DNA of 32,000 bases from Geotalea uraniireducens Rf4 (lineage in GTDB: Bacteria > Desulfobacterota > Desulfuromonadia > Geobacterales > Geobacteraceae). The stretch is from the NCBI RefSeq assembly GCF_000016745.1, contig NC_009483.1:4410001-4442000 (forward strand), given 5' to 3'. The notes beneath the pieces are model-generated. The model had not been told where the DNA came from. It saw only the letters and a list, made by a program, of their open reading frames with translations, and searched no databases. Positions 7,923 through 16,935 of the stretch are shown in pieces. Positions within the stretch are counted from its first letter, which is position 1; each line of letters starts with the position of its first letter. A program made the position numbers and the translations under genes.

Positions 7923-8886
7923 AGAGCTCCATCTCGCTCTCCACCATCTCGCGGATGATCTCACCCAAGGATTTTGTCCTGGCCCAGTGCAAACGGGTGC
8001 TGATTTTTGCCGGATTGCCGCACAGCTGCACCTGTTCCGCCGGGCGGAAGAACTTCGGGTCCACCTTGACATACCTTTCGTAGTCAAGGCCGAGACATGA
8101 AAAAGCCGTCGCCACAAACTCCCGCACGCTGTGGGTTTCGCCGCTGGCAACAACAAAGTCCTCCGGCGCATCAGCCTGGAGCATCAGCCACATGGCATTC
8201 ACATAGTCAGGTGCATAGCCCCAGTCCCGGTATGCGTCCAGGTTGCCGAGGGTCAAGGTATCCTGGAGCCCAAGTTTGATCCGCACTGCCGACGAGACGA
8301 TTTTCCGCGTCACGAACTCGTAGCCGCGGCGAGGAGACTCATGATTGTAAAGGATGCCGGTGCAGGCGAACATGCCGTACTGGCTCCGGTAGTTCTTCAC
8401 CAGGTGATAGCCGGACACCTTGGAGATGCCGTAGATGGAACGGGGATTGAACGGTGTCGCCTCGTCCTGCGGCGCATTGGTCACATTGCCGAACATCTCG
8501 CTAGTGCCCGCGAAGTAGAAACGGCAACCGGGCGCGAATTCCTTGATAGAAGCGAGGAGATAGTGGGTGCTGTTGACGTTGTTGTTCAATATGGAGATCT
8601 CATCCTCGAAGGAATAGCTGACGAAGCTGGAGGCGGCCAGGTGGTAACACTCATCGGGAATGACGTCCTTCACCGTCTTAATGATAGAGAGGACGTTGTC
8701 CAGGGAAGCAACGTGGAGGTGGATCCTGTCCGCAAGATGGCCAATGTTCTTCAGCTTGTGGGCGGTATCCTCGATGGCTGTCCGCCGGACGATGCCGTGG
8801 ACTTCATAGCCTTTCGCCAGGAGCAGTTCCGCCAGGTATGAGCCGTCCTGACCGGCCAAGCCGGTAATGAGCGCTTTTTTCTTCAT
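7891..8886 (-). CDS. gmd: GDP-mannose 4,6-dehydratase (short form), copy 1
   Basis: 'MKKKALITGLAGQDGSYLAELLL', 'GILYNHESPRRGYEFVTRKI', 'RDWGYAPDYVNAMWLMLQ', 'FFRPAE' are canonical Gmd motifs. The last ~9 codons are encoded by the heptamer array. Confidence 0.92.
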   Translation of the reverse strand: MKKKALITGLAGQDGSYLAELLLAKGYEVHGIVRRTAIEDTAHKLKNIGHLADRIHLHVASLDNVLSIIKTVKDVIPDECYHLAASSFVSYSFEDEISILNNNVNSTHYLLASIKEFAPGCRFYFAGTSEMFGNVTNAPQDEATPFNPRSIYGISKVSGYHLVKNYRSQYGMFACTGILYNHESPRRGYEFVTRKIVSSAVRIKLGLQDTLTLGNLDAYRDWGYAPDYVNAMWLMLQADAPEDFVVASGETHSVREFVATAFSCLGLDYERYVKVDPKFFRPAEQVQLCGNPAKISTRLHWARTKSLGEIIREMVESEMELYKGTRNEDKG

Positions 8887-8913
8887 GAAGTACCTTTCTA
8901 TGATAGCTGCAGA

Positions 8914-9786
8914 TCAGTCCTGCTTCCGGGCCACCAGCCAAATGGTGTCATAGAAGTTTTTCCCCGTCAGCTTCCATAAAACCCGCATCAGGCGATAATA
9001 TGCTGCATGCAGTAATCCTGCGGGGCCATGCTTGACGTAATAGGGATCCAGATCATTTTCCACCACGGCAAACCCGTTACGCTGAACCAGATCTGCGACA
9101 ACAGCAGGAGTAAAGTGAGAGAGATGAATCTCGGCGAGGGATCCGTCCAGCACTATCTTGGGGATGCCCAGAAGTCCATGGTATTTTATCTGCCTAAGAC
9201 CAAGCCGGTTCAGGGCATGGCGTACCCTGCGCCGTAATGACTCAAGTTCGTTTGGTACGGCGATGAGCAGCATACCGTTATCCCTCAGCAGTGCATGACA
9301 TTTCCTGACTACGTCTACCGGGTTATGAACATGTTCCAGCACGTGGAATAAGGTGACGGTGTCAAACCGCCGGTCGCCGAAATCTATGCTTTCCAGCGAA
9401 TCTCCGACAATTTCCACCCCGTACTTATCCTTCGCGATCTGGACAGCAGTAGTCGAGACCTCAGTGCCGCATACTTCCGTAAAATGAGAGCGTGCCATGG
9501 CAAGAAACTGCCCTATACCAGCACCAATATCAAGCAGTGATCCTGCAGCACCACGTCGCAGGAGTTTTTTCAGGCGACGGCGCCAGAGCCTTTGCCGATC
9601 TGCTTCCGAGTTCAGCCAGTCGTCGTACTTTGCCGGTCTGGAATAATATTCAGCAATCTCCCTGGATGTGGGACGCGGGTTATCAAAGACATAGCCGCAA
9701 GCCGGGCAACGAGTAATGTTACAGATAGCATCAATCGTGATCAGACGATCATTACTGCAGAGCAGGCAGCGCGTAAGAGTTTCCAA
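8914..9786 (-). CDS. Class I SAM-dependent methyltransferase with N-terminal CxxC...CxxC zinc-ribbon
   Basis: 'CLLCSN...CPACGY' followed by SAM motif 'LLDIGAGIGQFLA' and 'FDTVTLFHVLEHV'. TTG start at 9786 with AAGGA 6 nt upstream. Confidence 0.8.
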   Translation of the reverse strand: METLTRCLLCSNDRLITIDAICNITRCPACGYVFDNPRPTSREIAEYYSRPAKYDDWLNSEADRQRLWRRRLKKLLRRGAAGSLLDIGAGIGQFLAMARSHFTEVCGTEVSTTAVQIAKDKYGVEIVGDSLESIDFGDRRFDTVTLFHVLEHVHNPVDVVRKCHALLRDNGMLLIAVPNELESLRRRVRHALNRLGLRQIKYHGLLGIPKIVLDGSLAEIHLSHFTPAVVADLVQRNGFAVVENDLDPYYVKHGPAGLLHAAYYRLMRVLWKLTGKNFYDTIWLVARKQD

Positions 9787-9969
9787 TATATATCCTTATT
9801 TTAATATCTGAAATTGGCATCTGGCCAAACCGGTCAAGGGCAAATCTTTCATCCGTTGAAGTAAAGGCATGCCCCTCCTCTTTCGTCCCATGAGTCTATG
9901 GCGTAGACAGACCAGGACCGCAAGCAGAAATGTCGGAATAACAAGGCTTATTGCCACACTCCATTTTTT

Positions 9970-11214
9970 CTATACGTCATCGATTATCTCTTGATATAAA
10001 TCCGCATACCTTTTCGCGACCCCATCCATAGCAAACTCTTTTTCCACCTTTTCCCGCGACATGCGACACAACCGTTCTCTCCGGGTATCATCGGCAAGGA
10101 CCCAGTCGATACCACGGGCAAAGTCGTTGGTGTCAAAGGAATGGGCAAGGTAGCCGGTTTGTTCATGGACAACAATATCGAGCAGTCCGGTGGAGGCAAA
10201 CGCCACGACGGGAGTTCCGCACGCCATTGCCTCTGACGCAGTCTGGCCAAAACTCTCCTGCATCGACGGAACGCACATGACATCTGCTGCGGCGTAAGCC
10301 AGAGTCAGGCTTATATCGTCATGCAGTTTACCCAGGCAATGAACCGGCAACGGTATATCCGATAAATCGGCAGGCTGTGAAGCACCAAAAACCAGCAATT
10401 CCGCTTTCTCCGACCAACCGTCTGCAACAACCTGCAAAGCTGACTTAAGGTGGTGGAAACCTTTATTGTGGTCACCAACTATTGTTGCACCGAACAAGAT
10501 CAATTTTTTATCCTGCGGCAACCCCAGGAGTTCGCGGGCAACCCCTTTATTCACTTGTTTGTAACGACTCAAGTCCAATCCATTGGGGATTACTTCGACG
10601 CGTGCTTCCCGGAACAGGGAGCTTGCCTTGACACAATCGCCCATCCAATGACTTGGCGCAACTATGGTCAAGTTCAACCCCTGCCAGGATTTCGCTTTTA
10701 GATTCCATTCCCAGCGCGTTAAATCGTAGTCTCTTTTAGAGCCAAGTTGTGGACAGGCGCCGCAAGAGTTGCAATAGCGCATACACTTACCCGGGAGGTT
10801 ACATCCGCCTGTAAAAGCCCATGAATCGTGCATCGTCCACACTAAAGGCCGGTTAAATTTTCGTAGCGCCGTTACGGGCACAAATCCACAGCAGATCCAA
10901 TGCAGATGCACCAGATCAGGAGCGATCCCCTCAATGGAGCCATGAATATTGCTGGGCGCCCAGGATACCCCCCACGAACTCTGCTGACGGTTGGGGTAAA
11001 ACTTCAAGGGCAAGAGATCAAGGTAGGTGCACAGCTTGTTGATCGCTATTCCAGGTAATCCCTGTGAACCTGTTACGGTCGAATCCTGGCTCGTTTTGTA
11101 CTGGACAAGCATCCGCGAATTGACATCTATACTTTGCAACCCTTTATGCAGACGATACGCGGCACGTCCAGCGCCTCCTTCAATATCGTAAGTGCTGATG
11201 TGGGCAATGCGCAT
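9970..11214 (-). CDS. GT4-family glycosyltransferase
   Basis: 'MRIAHISTYDIEGGAGRAAYRLHKGL' N-terminus and 'ESFGQTASEAMACGTPVVAF' EX7E motif. Confidence 0.85.
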   Translation of the reverse strand: MRIAHISTYDIEGGAGRAAYRLHKGLQSIDVNSRMLVQYKTSQDSTVTGSQGLPGIAINKLCTYLDLLPLKFYPNRQQSSWGVSWAPSNIHGSIEGIAPDLVHLHWICCGFVPVTALRKFNRPLVWTMHDSWAFTGGCNLPGKCMRYCNSCGACPQLGSKRDYDLTRWEWNLKAKSWQGLNLTIVAPSHWMGDCVKASSLFREARVEVIPNGLDLSRYKQVNKGVARELLGLPQDKKLILFGATIVGDHNKGFHHLKSALQVVADGWSEKAELLVFGASQPADLSDIPLPVHCLGKLHDDISLTLAYAAADVMCVPSMQESFGQTASEAMACGTPVVAFASTGLLDIVVHEQTGYLAHSFDTNDFARGIDWVLADDTRRERLCRMSREKVEKEFAMDGVAKRYADLYQEIIDDV

Positions 11215-11225
11215 AGACTTTTATC

Positions 11226-12401
11226 CTACACTAAAGATAGCTTTAAAAGCAATGAACAGGAGTCTTTCAATCGCTCTTTTGAGTGATTTCTCATATAACC
11301 TTCGTAATCCGGCCCAATGCTCTCGTCATCCGCCATACCTGTGGCAAGCTGGCGAATTGCCCTAATGCAGGCATCGACATCATCTTGCTTGATCACTTTC
11401 CCCAGCCTGAATTTTCGGACCCTTTCTGCCATGCAAAAACCATCACTGACTATAATGGCTTTTTTAAAACTAGCCGCTTTTGTCAGCAAATTACTGCTGT
11501 GATAAAACTTTTGATATGCGGCAAAGACAATATCGCTTGCGCAAACCAGCGCGTTAAAAGAAGGCTCATCAGGAATAAATCCTAAATGGAAAAAACAATT
11601 AGATGGACAGGAGGCAATGAAGTTTTCGATATGGTCCAATTCTTTCCTTGTGAAGGTATACTTGTAAAAAACCCCGGCAAAGACAAAAAACAATCCCTCG
11701 TCCACAAGTTTTTTTGCAACTTCAACTAACATCAGCGTTCCTTTTCGCTTGTCAATACATCCGAAAAGGCCAACGATCTTCCTGCCTCTAGCTCTCTCCT
11801 TTATTTGTCCCACGACAGGATAATTCATATCTGGAGCCGATAAATCTGCAAAATCAGGAAAGGAGATTACTGGCTTGGCGAGTTCCCTTTCGAGTGTCTC
11901 TTTGACGCCCTCGTCAAGTAAGGCAACTGATTTGCAGCCGGAACTAAATAATGGAGCGTCACGCACTGGGGTCGGTACCCGCAAGCGCTCCGGAGCAAAA
12001 TAAAGACCAGACCAGACATATGGGAAAACAGCGTCCACAATCCAAGGTTTAAGATGTTTGGCAAAGTACCCATCTAGATAAGTAAAAAACACCAAGTCAG
12101 GCAAAATACCGGTATTTGCCGCTGCCTTCTTTATTGCCAAGGCAGCAGCCTTCCACTGTCTTGTAGTTTTGACCACCCCGGGAAGGAAAGGCTGACATAT
12201 CGGCTCCGTATACTCATATGGGCAAAAGCGCCCAGCCATTTCCCCACAATTCTCTGTTATCCAGTCACCAACTTCAACGGGATTCGGACAGAAGACAACA
12301 ACGTTATAGCCCAATTCCAGTATTGTTTCAGTAAGCAACTTAACGTATGTCGGGTGATGTCCGGTCCAGACTCCGTCAATCAATGCGATGATTTTAGTCA
12401 T
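11226..12401 (-). CDS. Divergent GT-B-fold-like protein (putative glycosyltransferase), function unknown
   Basis: Start placed at ATG 12401 (MTKIIALIDG...), preceded by AGGAG. Two Rossmann-like halves ('KIVGLFGCIDKRKG...FVFAGV', 'SSNLLTKAASFKKAIIVSD') but no clear EX7E motif. Confidence 0.5.
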   Translation of the reverse strand: MTKIIALIDGVWTGHHPTYVKLLTETILELGYNVVVFCPNPVEVGDWITENCGEMAGRFCPYEYTEPICQPFLPGVVKTTRQWKAAALAIKKAAANTGILPDLVFFTYLDGYFAKHLKPWIVDAVFPYVWSGLYFAPERLRVPTPVRDAPLFSSGCKSVALLDEGVKETLERELAKPVISFPDFADLSAPDMNYPVVGQIKERARGRKIVGLFGCIDKRKGTLMLVEVAKKLVDEGLFFVFAGVFYKYTFTRKELDHIENFIASCPSNCFFHLGFIPDEPSFNALVCASDIVFAAYQKFYHSSNLLTKAASFKKAIIVSDGFCMAERVRKFRLGKVIKQDDVDACIRAIRQLATGMADDESIGPDYEGYMRNHSKERLKDSCSLLLKLSLV

Positions 12402-12433
12402 GAAACTCCTGGCGGACCCTTTCCGAACCGGAT

Positions 12434-12586
12434 TCAAAACCAATGTTCAGGAATGAGAATTTCGGCTTGATTCAGCGTCTCAAACAGTGCTTCATTCGCC
12501 ACTATCCTCTTACCAAAGCGAGATTTGTGCCGAAACGGATTGGCTTCATACGGGTAGCATTGAATGCCGCAAGATGGCAGCAGAGA
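12434..12586 (-). pseudogene. Decayed C-terminal fragment of an rve (DDE integrase-core) transposase
   Basis: My translation of the minus strand gives '...YEANPFRHKSRFGKRIVANEALFETLNQAEILIPEHWF*'. The stretch 'EALFETLNQAEILI' resembles the conserved '...E(I/L)F.TL.EA..LIE.WR..YN' tail of IS3-type transposases. It is truncated and has no start codon. Confidence 0.4.
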
Positions 12587-12646
12587 TCATAGGTATAGTT
12601 TAGGTTAGGTTAGCCCCCAAGATCTCCACTTAAAGATAAACTTGGT

Positions 12647-13609
12647 TTATATCAGTTTAAACCATCGCCTCGTGGATCGTCTCTTAGGCTTAATAAATTT
12701 ATAAAATAATACCCACACTATATCTAATAAACTTATAGATACAGCTTTTTTTGTATAATTACTTAGCCAGAGAGATGGCAATAGAAATTTTCGCCCTTCA
12801 TAGTACTCACGTCTCCACTCAAAAGCATAAACTTTACCTGTTGTATTGACATTCAAGTACTGTTCTGCAAACCAGATTCTGGCCTGCCTATAGCATCTAT
12901 TAATATAATTCGATTTGTCACTTATGGTAATAGATCCTTCATGCTTTCTAAAGAAAGAAAGCGGTTTAGAAACAAATGCTATTTGCGCGTATTCTTTAGC
13001 AACGAGCAAATATATTAAAAGATCTGGACCTGCACCATGCTCATAAAAATTTTTGATTGTTGGAGATGGTATTTCTTCCACTAGATTTTTTCTCAGGTCA
13101 TCAGTCCTGAAAATGGCACATCCTGGAGAATATGGAACATTACCTGCAAACAATGACTCCTGGATAAAGTATGAAGAAGGCAATTTCCCCGTCTTCTCTG
13201 CTAATCCATACTGCTCTTGCCCTGTCCAAGGTTCTGTACCCATTATCGCTAGAGTAAAAACAAAACCTACTTCTTCATCACATAAAAAAGGAAGCGTTTT
13301 TTCTAAAAAAAGGGGATCAATAAGGTCATCTGAAAAAAGGATCTTACCAAAACAACCTCTTGCTTCATCAATGCAACGCTGCCAATTTCGGACAGGGCCG
13401 ATGTTGGTTTCATTACGAAAGATTCGAATGCGCGAGTCCTGTCGGGCGAACGTTTTACATACTTCCCAAGTCTTGTCTGTACTGGCATTGTCAACCACAA
13501 TGACTTCAATATCAGTTATGGTTTGTTCAATTGCAGACTGGATGCAAGGCCCAATAAAGGACTCTCTATTATAAACTGGTATCAGTATGCTAACTCTTGG
13601 GATAATCAT
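12647..13609 (-). CDS. GT2-family glycosyltransferase (AT-rich, probably foreign)
   Basis: 'VSILIPVYNRESFIGPCIQSAIEQT...IEVIVVDNASTDKT'. Hand-counted lines give 28-38% G+C. Confidence 0.88.
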   Translation of the reverse strand: MIIPRVSILIPVYNRESFIGPCIQSAIEQTITDIEVIVVDNASTDKTWEVCKTFARQDSRIRIFRNETNIGPVRNWQRCIDEARGCFGKILFSDDLIDPLFLEKTLPFLCDEEVGFVFTLAIMGTEPWTGQEQYGLAEKTGKLPSSYFIQESLFAGNVPYSPGCAIFRTDDLRKNLVEEIPSPTIKNFYEHGAGPDLLIYLLVAKEYAQIAFVSKPLSFFRKHEGSITISDKSNYINRCYRQARIWFAEQYLNVNTTGKVYAFEWRREYYEGRKFLLPSLWLSNYTKKAVSISLLDIVWVLFYKFIKPKRRSTRRWFKLI

Positions 13610-13689
13610 TTCAATAACAACAGTCCTTTTCTGCAGATGACGGAGTTAATATTTTTGCTGCAAGTGAAGTTTGTCTTATTATTAGTTCC

Positions 13690-15027
13690 TTATTCCACGG
13701 CACTCAAGGCTACCCTTTTTCTACGCAGAACACACCAAGGAAGTACCCAGGCTGCCGTCAGCGAGAACGAGGCGATAAGGGCATAAACTATTCCTGCCAC
13801 TCCGAACCTGGGAGCTAGGGATACCTGGAGGAGTACAGTAATGACCGCCTGGGCCGGGATATAGATGACAAAGGGACGCAGGTAGCTCATGCTCTGCAGA
13901 ACCATGGCAAAGGTATCGCTCCAGATGCGTATTACGTTATAGCCACCCATAATGACAATAAACAGTACCGGAACCATAACCGCCTTACCCGGCGCAAGGA
14001 GGTGAATCAACTCTGGCATAAAGAAAGCAAGCAGCAGGGTCGCTCCTGAAAGGAGCAGCACTCCCATGACAATATATTGCTTCACGTAGCCCATCACCAC
14101 ATGCCAGTCATTCCGGGCCACCGCTTCAGCACAAACCGGCCATACAGCAATCAGAAGGGCTGTGTAAATAAAATAAATCAGTCCGAATATTTTAGATGTC
14201 AGGTTGTAGACGACAATTTCATTGGCCGGTAAAAAACGCGCCATCACCAAATAGTCCACCTGGAGCACCCCTGCCGCCATGATAGCGGAAAGCCAGAATT
14301 TAAGCCCCCGTTTCATCAATGGCCACAATATCTCCCGCTTGACAGAACTGCTCCGCTGCAGACTTCCTGTAAACTGCAGCAGGAATGCCACAGCAGGAAG
14401 CATCCCTGCGGGCCCAAATGCGGCGACAAGGCTCCAATACAACTTGTGTTCAAGTGGGCTCCGCGCCACAAAAACAATCGCAGCAAAACTGATAAGAGAC
14501 GCTACAGCCGGCACTACGTTTGCCAAATATCCTTTTTGCTCGGCGTACCATATCCGATAGGCAATCCCGCCGAAACAGGTCGCTATCGATATCACTCCTG
14601 TGATGAAAAAATGTCGTGCCTTTTCAGCATCGTTTAGGAACGGAAACCCCTTTAAGATGAGCGGCGCCAAGAAGGGACTGGCGAAGAACAGGAATAAAAT
14701 GCTTAGTAACATGAGAAAGATGGCGATGACCCCCGCCATCGCAATGAAATCCTCGTAGGGTTGCTTCCCTGCCCGCCGTTCGGAAATATGGTTCTGCAGG
14801 CTCGTGCCAACCCCCATGTCTGCCAAGAGGTACCATCCCTGTAAGCCCCCCAACACTGCATAGAGGGCATACTGTTCCGTACCAAGACCTTGAATCAATA
14901 TACGAATACTAAACAGCCCCACCACCGCCGTTACCAGACGGCTGATCCATGCACTAGCCGCAACCAGCAGATGGGAAGGTATGCGGTTCAAGATTCCCGG
15001 TTTAGCATTGACGGTCAAAGATGTCAC
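13690..15027 (-). CDS. wzx: Wzx-type oligosaccharide flippase (MOP superfamily)
   Basis: Polytopic throughout. The N-terminus '[30 protein letters not shown]' is typical of polysaccharide-biosynthesis/Wzx proteins. GTG start at 15027 overlaps the tyv stop; TTG at 15018 is an alternative. Confidence 0.8.
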   Translation of the reverse strand: MTSLTVNAKPGILNRIPSHLLVAASAWISRLVTAVVGLFSIRILIQGLGTEQYALYAVLGGLQGWYLLADMGVGTSLQNHISERRAGKQPYEDFIAMAGVIAIFLMLLSILFLFFASPFLAPLILKGFPFLNDAEKARHFFITGVISIATCFGGIAYRIWYAEQKGYLANVVPAVASLISFAAIVFVARSPLEHKLYWSLVAAFGPAGMLPAVAFLLQFTGSLQRSSSVKREILWPLMKRGLKFWLSAIMAAGVLQVDYLVMARFLPANEIVVYNLTSKIFGLIYFIYTALLIAVWPVCAEAVARNDWHVVMGYVKQYIVMGVLLLSGATLLLAFFMPELIHLLAPGKAVMVPVLFIVIMGGYNVIRIWSDTFAMVLQSMSYLRPFVIYIPAQAVITVLLQVSLAPRFGVAGIVYALIASFSLTAAWVLPWCVLRRKRVALSAVE

Positions 15028-16039
15028 CTACCCACTCTACCATCCGCCCGACCCCTTCGCGGGCGCTCACCTGCGGCTCCCATCCGAGCATGCGCTTCGC
15101 CTTCGCTATATCCGCGACAAAGAGCCGCTGATCGCTCTCCCGCGGCGGCAGCTTCCTGTAATCGAGCTTGACGCCAGTCAATTCTTCAAGAAGGGCGAAC
15201 AATTCAAGCAGAGAGAGGCTGTTGTGAATCCCGCCACCGATATTGAATGCTTGCCCCTTTGAGATATCGATGCGCTCCAACACAGAGAAGTAGAGACGGG
15301 CCATGTCGTCGGCATGGAGCACGTCGCGCACCTGTTTGCCATTGCCGGAAATGGTGAACGGCTCCTTGAGCACGCCGTTTTTGCTTTCCACGGCCTTCTG
15401 GCAGAACCAGCCGATCCATCCCTGGTCGTATGTTGCAAACTGCCTGCCGCCGTACATGGATGAGTGGCGGAAAACCGCTGTTTTCAGCCCGAAGATCCTG
15501 GCGTAGTCAAGCATATACTGATCAGCGGCACCCTTGGAACAGCCGTAGGGTGAATGGAAATCCAGCTGGGTGGTTTCGTCAAAGCCGACGGGCCTTTCAA
15601 TGCACTCGTAGCGCGTTTCCGTTTCCCGGTAGGAGTACTGCTCCAGATCGCCGTAGACCTTGTTGGTGGACGAATAGATGACGGCCGCCTGTGGGTTAAA
15701 CTGACGGACTGCTTCCAGAAGGTTGTGCGTCCCCAGCACATTCACCTCAAAATCCATGCGCGGATTGGCGATGGATGTGGTCATGGCAACCTGACCGGCC
15801 AGGTGGAAAATGGCATCGGGTCTGAACTCCTGCACCAGCCTGCTCACGTCGTTCTGGTTACGGATGTCGCCATGGACAAATCGGAACGTTCCCCGGCTTT
15901 TCAGCCAGCGGAGGTTCTCCAGGGAACCATCCCGATACAGACTGTCAAACACTGCCAGGTCATAACCACCACTTGTCAAAGCATGGGCTGCCAGGTTGCT
16001 GCCAAGAAACCCGCAGCCACCGGTAATTAATAGCTTCAT
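15002..16039 (-). CDS. rfbE: CDP-paratose 2-epimerase (CDP-tyvelose 2-epimerase) family SDR
   Basis: '[17 protein letters not shown]', '[12 protein letters not shown]', '[14 protein letters not shown]', '[26 protein letters not shown]', '[27 protein letters not shown]' closely match my memory of Salmonella RfbE/Tyv. ATG at 16039, ATGA overlap with the prt stop. Confidence 0.85.
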   Translation of the reverse strand: MKLLITGGCGFLGSNLAAHALTSGGYDLAVFDSLYRDGSLENLRWLKSRGTFRFVHGDIRNQNDVSRLVQEFRPDAIFHLAGQVAMTTSIANPRMDFEVNVLGTHNLLEAVRQFNPQAAVIYSSTNKVYGDLEQYSYRETETRYECIERPVGFDETTQLDFHSPYGCSKGAADQYMLDYARIFGLKTAVFRHSSMYGGRQFATYDQGWIGWFCQKAVESKNGVLKEPFTISGNGKQVRDVLHADDMARLYFSVLERIDISKGQAFNIGGGIHNSLSLLELFALLEELTGVKLDYRKLPPRESDQRLFVADIAKAKRMLGWEPQVSAREGVGRMVEWVGDIFDRQC

Positions 16040-16935
16040 CAATGCGTTCCTTTCGCGCCCCGACGGGACACCTCTTCTTCGATGGTTTTCCTGAGACCGT
16101 CGGCCAGGCCGACCTTGCACGACCAGCCGAGCGCCACGAGACTGCTGATATCCGCGTGAGACTCCATGACCTCATTGTCCCGATAGGGAAGCGCCCCAAA
16201 ATTCAAATGAGTATTGGAACCAGTGAGACGGTGGACGGTCTCCACCAGCTCGCGTAAGCCAATAGCCTCGCCCGACCCTAAATCGTATTCCTGGAATGCC
16301 TGCCCACTGCCGGAATTATTTTTCAGCAACAGCAGATACGCAGCAACCACGTCATCGATATGGATAAAATCACGCCTCTGCGCGCCGGCAGTAAGGGGTA
16401 ATTCAGGCGCGTTATCCAAACAGCTATCGATGACATGGGTGAGGAACTTGGATGCATCGTCCCCTGCTCCATAAAAATGCTCCAGCTCAATATTCACGAA
16501 GCGTATCCGCCCTTGACCGGCAAATAACCGCCCCCAATCCGCAAACTGTTTTTTCGCCAGGGAATACGGATTCAGAAACCTGTCAAGACTGGTGTCCGTA
16601 TTGAAAAAGGTATCCGTGGCAAAAGATGCGGCCGTTTCCAGAAGCCGTAACGGGAATGCAGCATTGGCCTCAAAAATCTCACTAACGCTTTCGCCGCTGC
16701 GGCCATAACATGTTGCGGTATGGATAACAGAATCGATTTTGCTCTGTTCTTCAAACGGTTCTTCCAAGCTGCAGAGGTCCAGGTCGTAGGAGGTGAGTCG
16801 GGGCAAGATGTCGGCAACGCGTCCGGTGTCGGAGAAGCTCCGCTTCAATATAATCACCTGATGACCCTCGTTAAGAAGGGCCTTTACAAGATGGCTTCCA
16901 AGAAAACCTGTCGCACCGGTAACAAGGATTTTCAT
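16039..16935 (-). CDS. rfbS: CDP-paratose / CDP-abequose synthase family SDR (CDP-4-keto-3,6-dideoxyhexose reductase)
   Basis: '[16 protein letters not shown]', 'NPYSLAKK', '[15 protein letters not shown]', '[15 protein letters not shown]' fit the RfbS/RfbJ pattern. The position between ddhC and tyv supports the call. Confidence 0.75.
   Translation of the reverse strand: MKILVTGATGFLGSHLVKALLNEGHQVIILKRSFSDTGRVADILPRLTSYDLDLCSLEEPFEEQSKIDSVIHTATCYGRSGESVSEIFEANAAFPLRLLETAASFATDTFFNTDTSLDRFLNPYSLAKKQFADWGRLFAGQGRIRFVNIELEHFYGAGDDASKFLTHVIDSCLDNAPELPLTAGAQRRDFIHIDDVVAAYLLLLKNNSGSGQAFQEYDLGSGEAIGLRELVETVHRLTGSNTHLNFGALPYRDNEVMESHADISSLVALGWSCKVGLADGLRKTIEEEVSRRGAKGTH

Noticed and set aside
9787-9969. 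Promoter or terminator calls in the 183-nt gap (TTGGCC-N16-TATTAA; GGAATAA/TTATTGCC hairpin).
   Set aside because: The hexamers are weak. The predicted start site would remove the SD of the downstream gene, and the hairpin is imperfect with no U tract.
12598-12613. TTAGG pentamer x2.8 (gtTTAGGTTAGGTTAG).
   Set aside because: Fewer than three copies in an AT-rich gap, which is compatible with chance, and it has no relation to the heptamer family.
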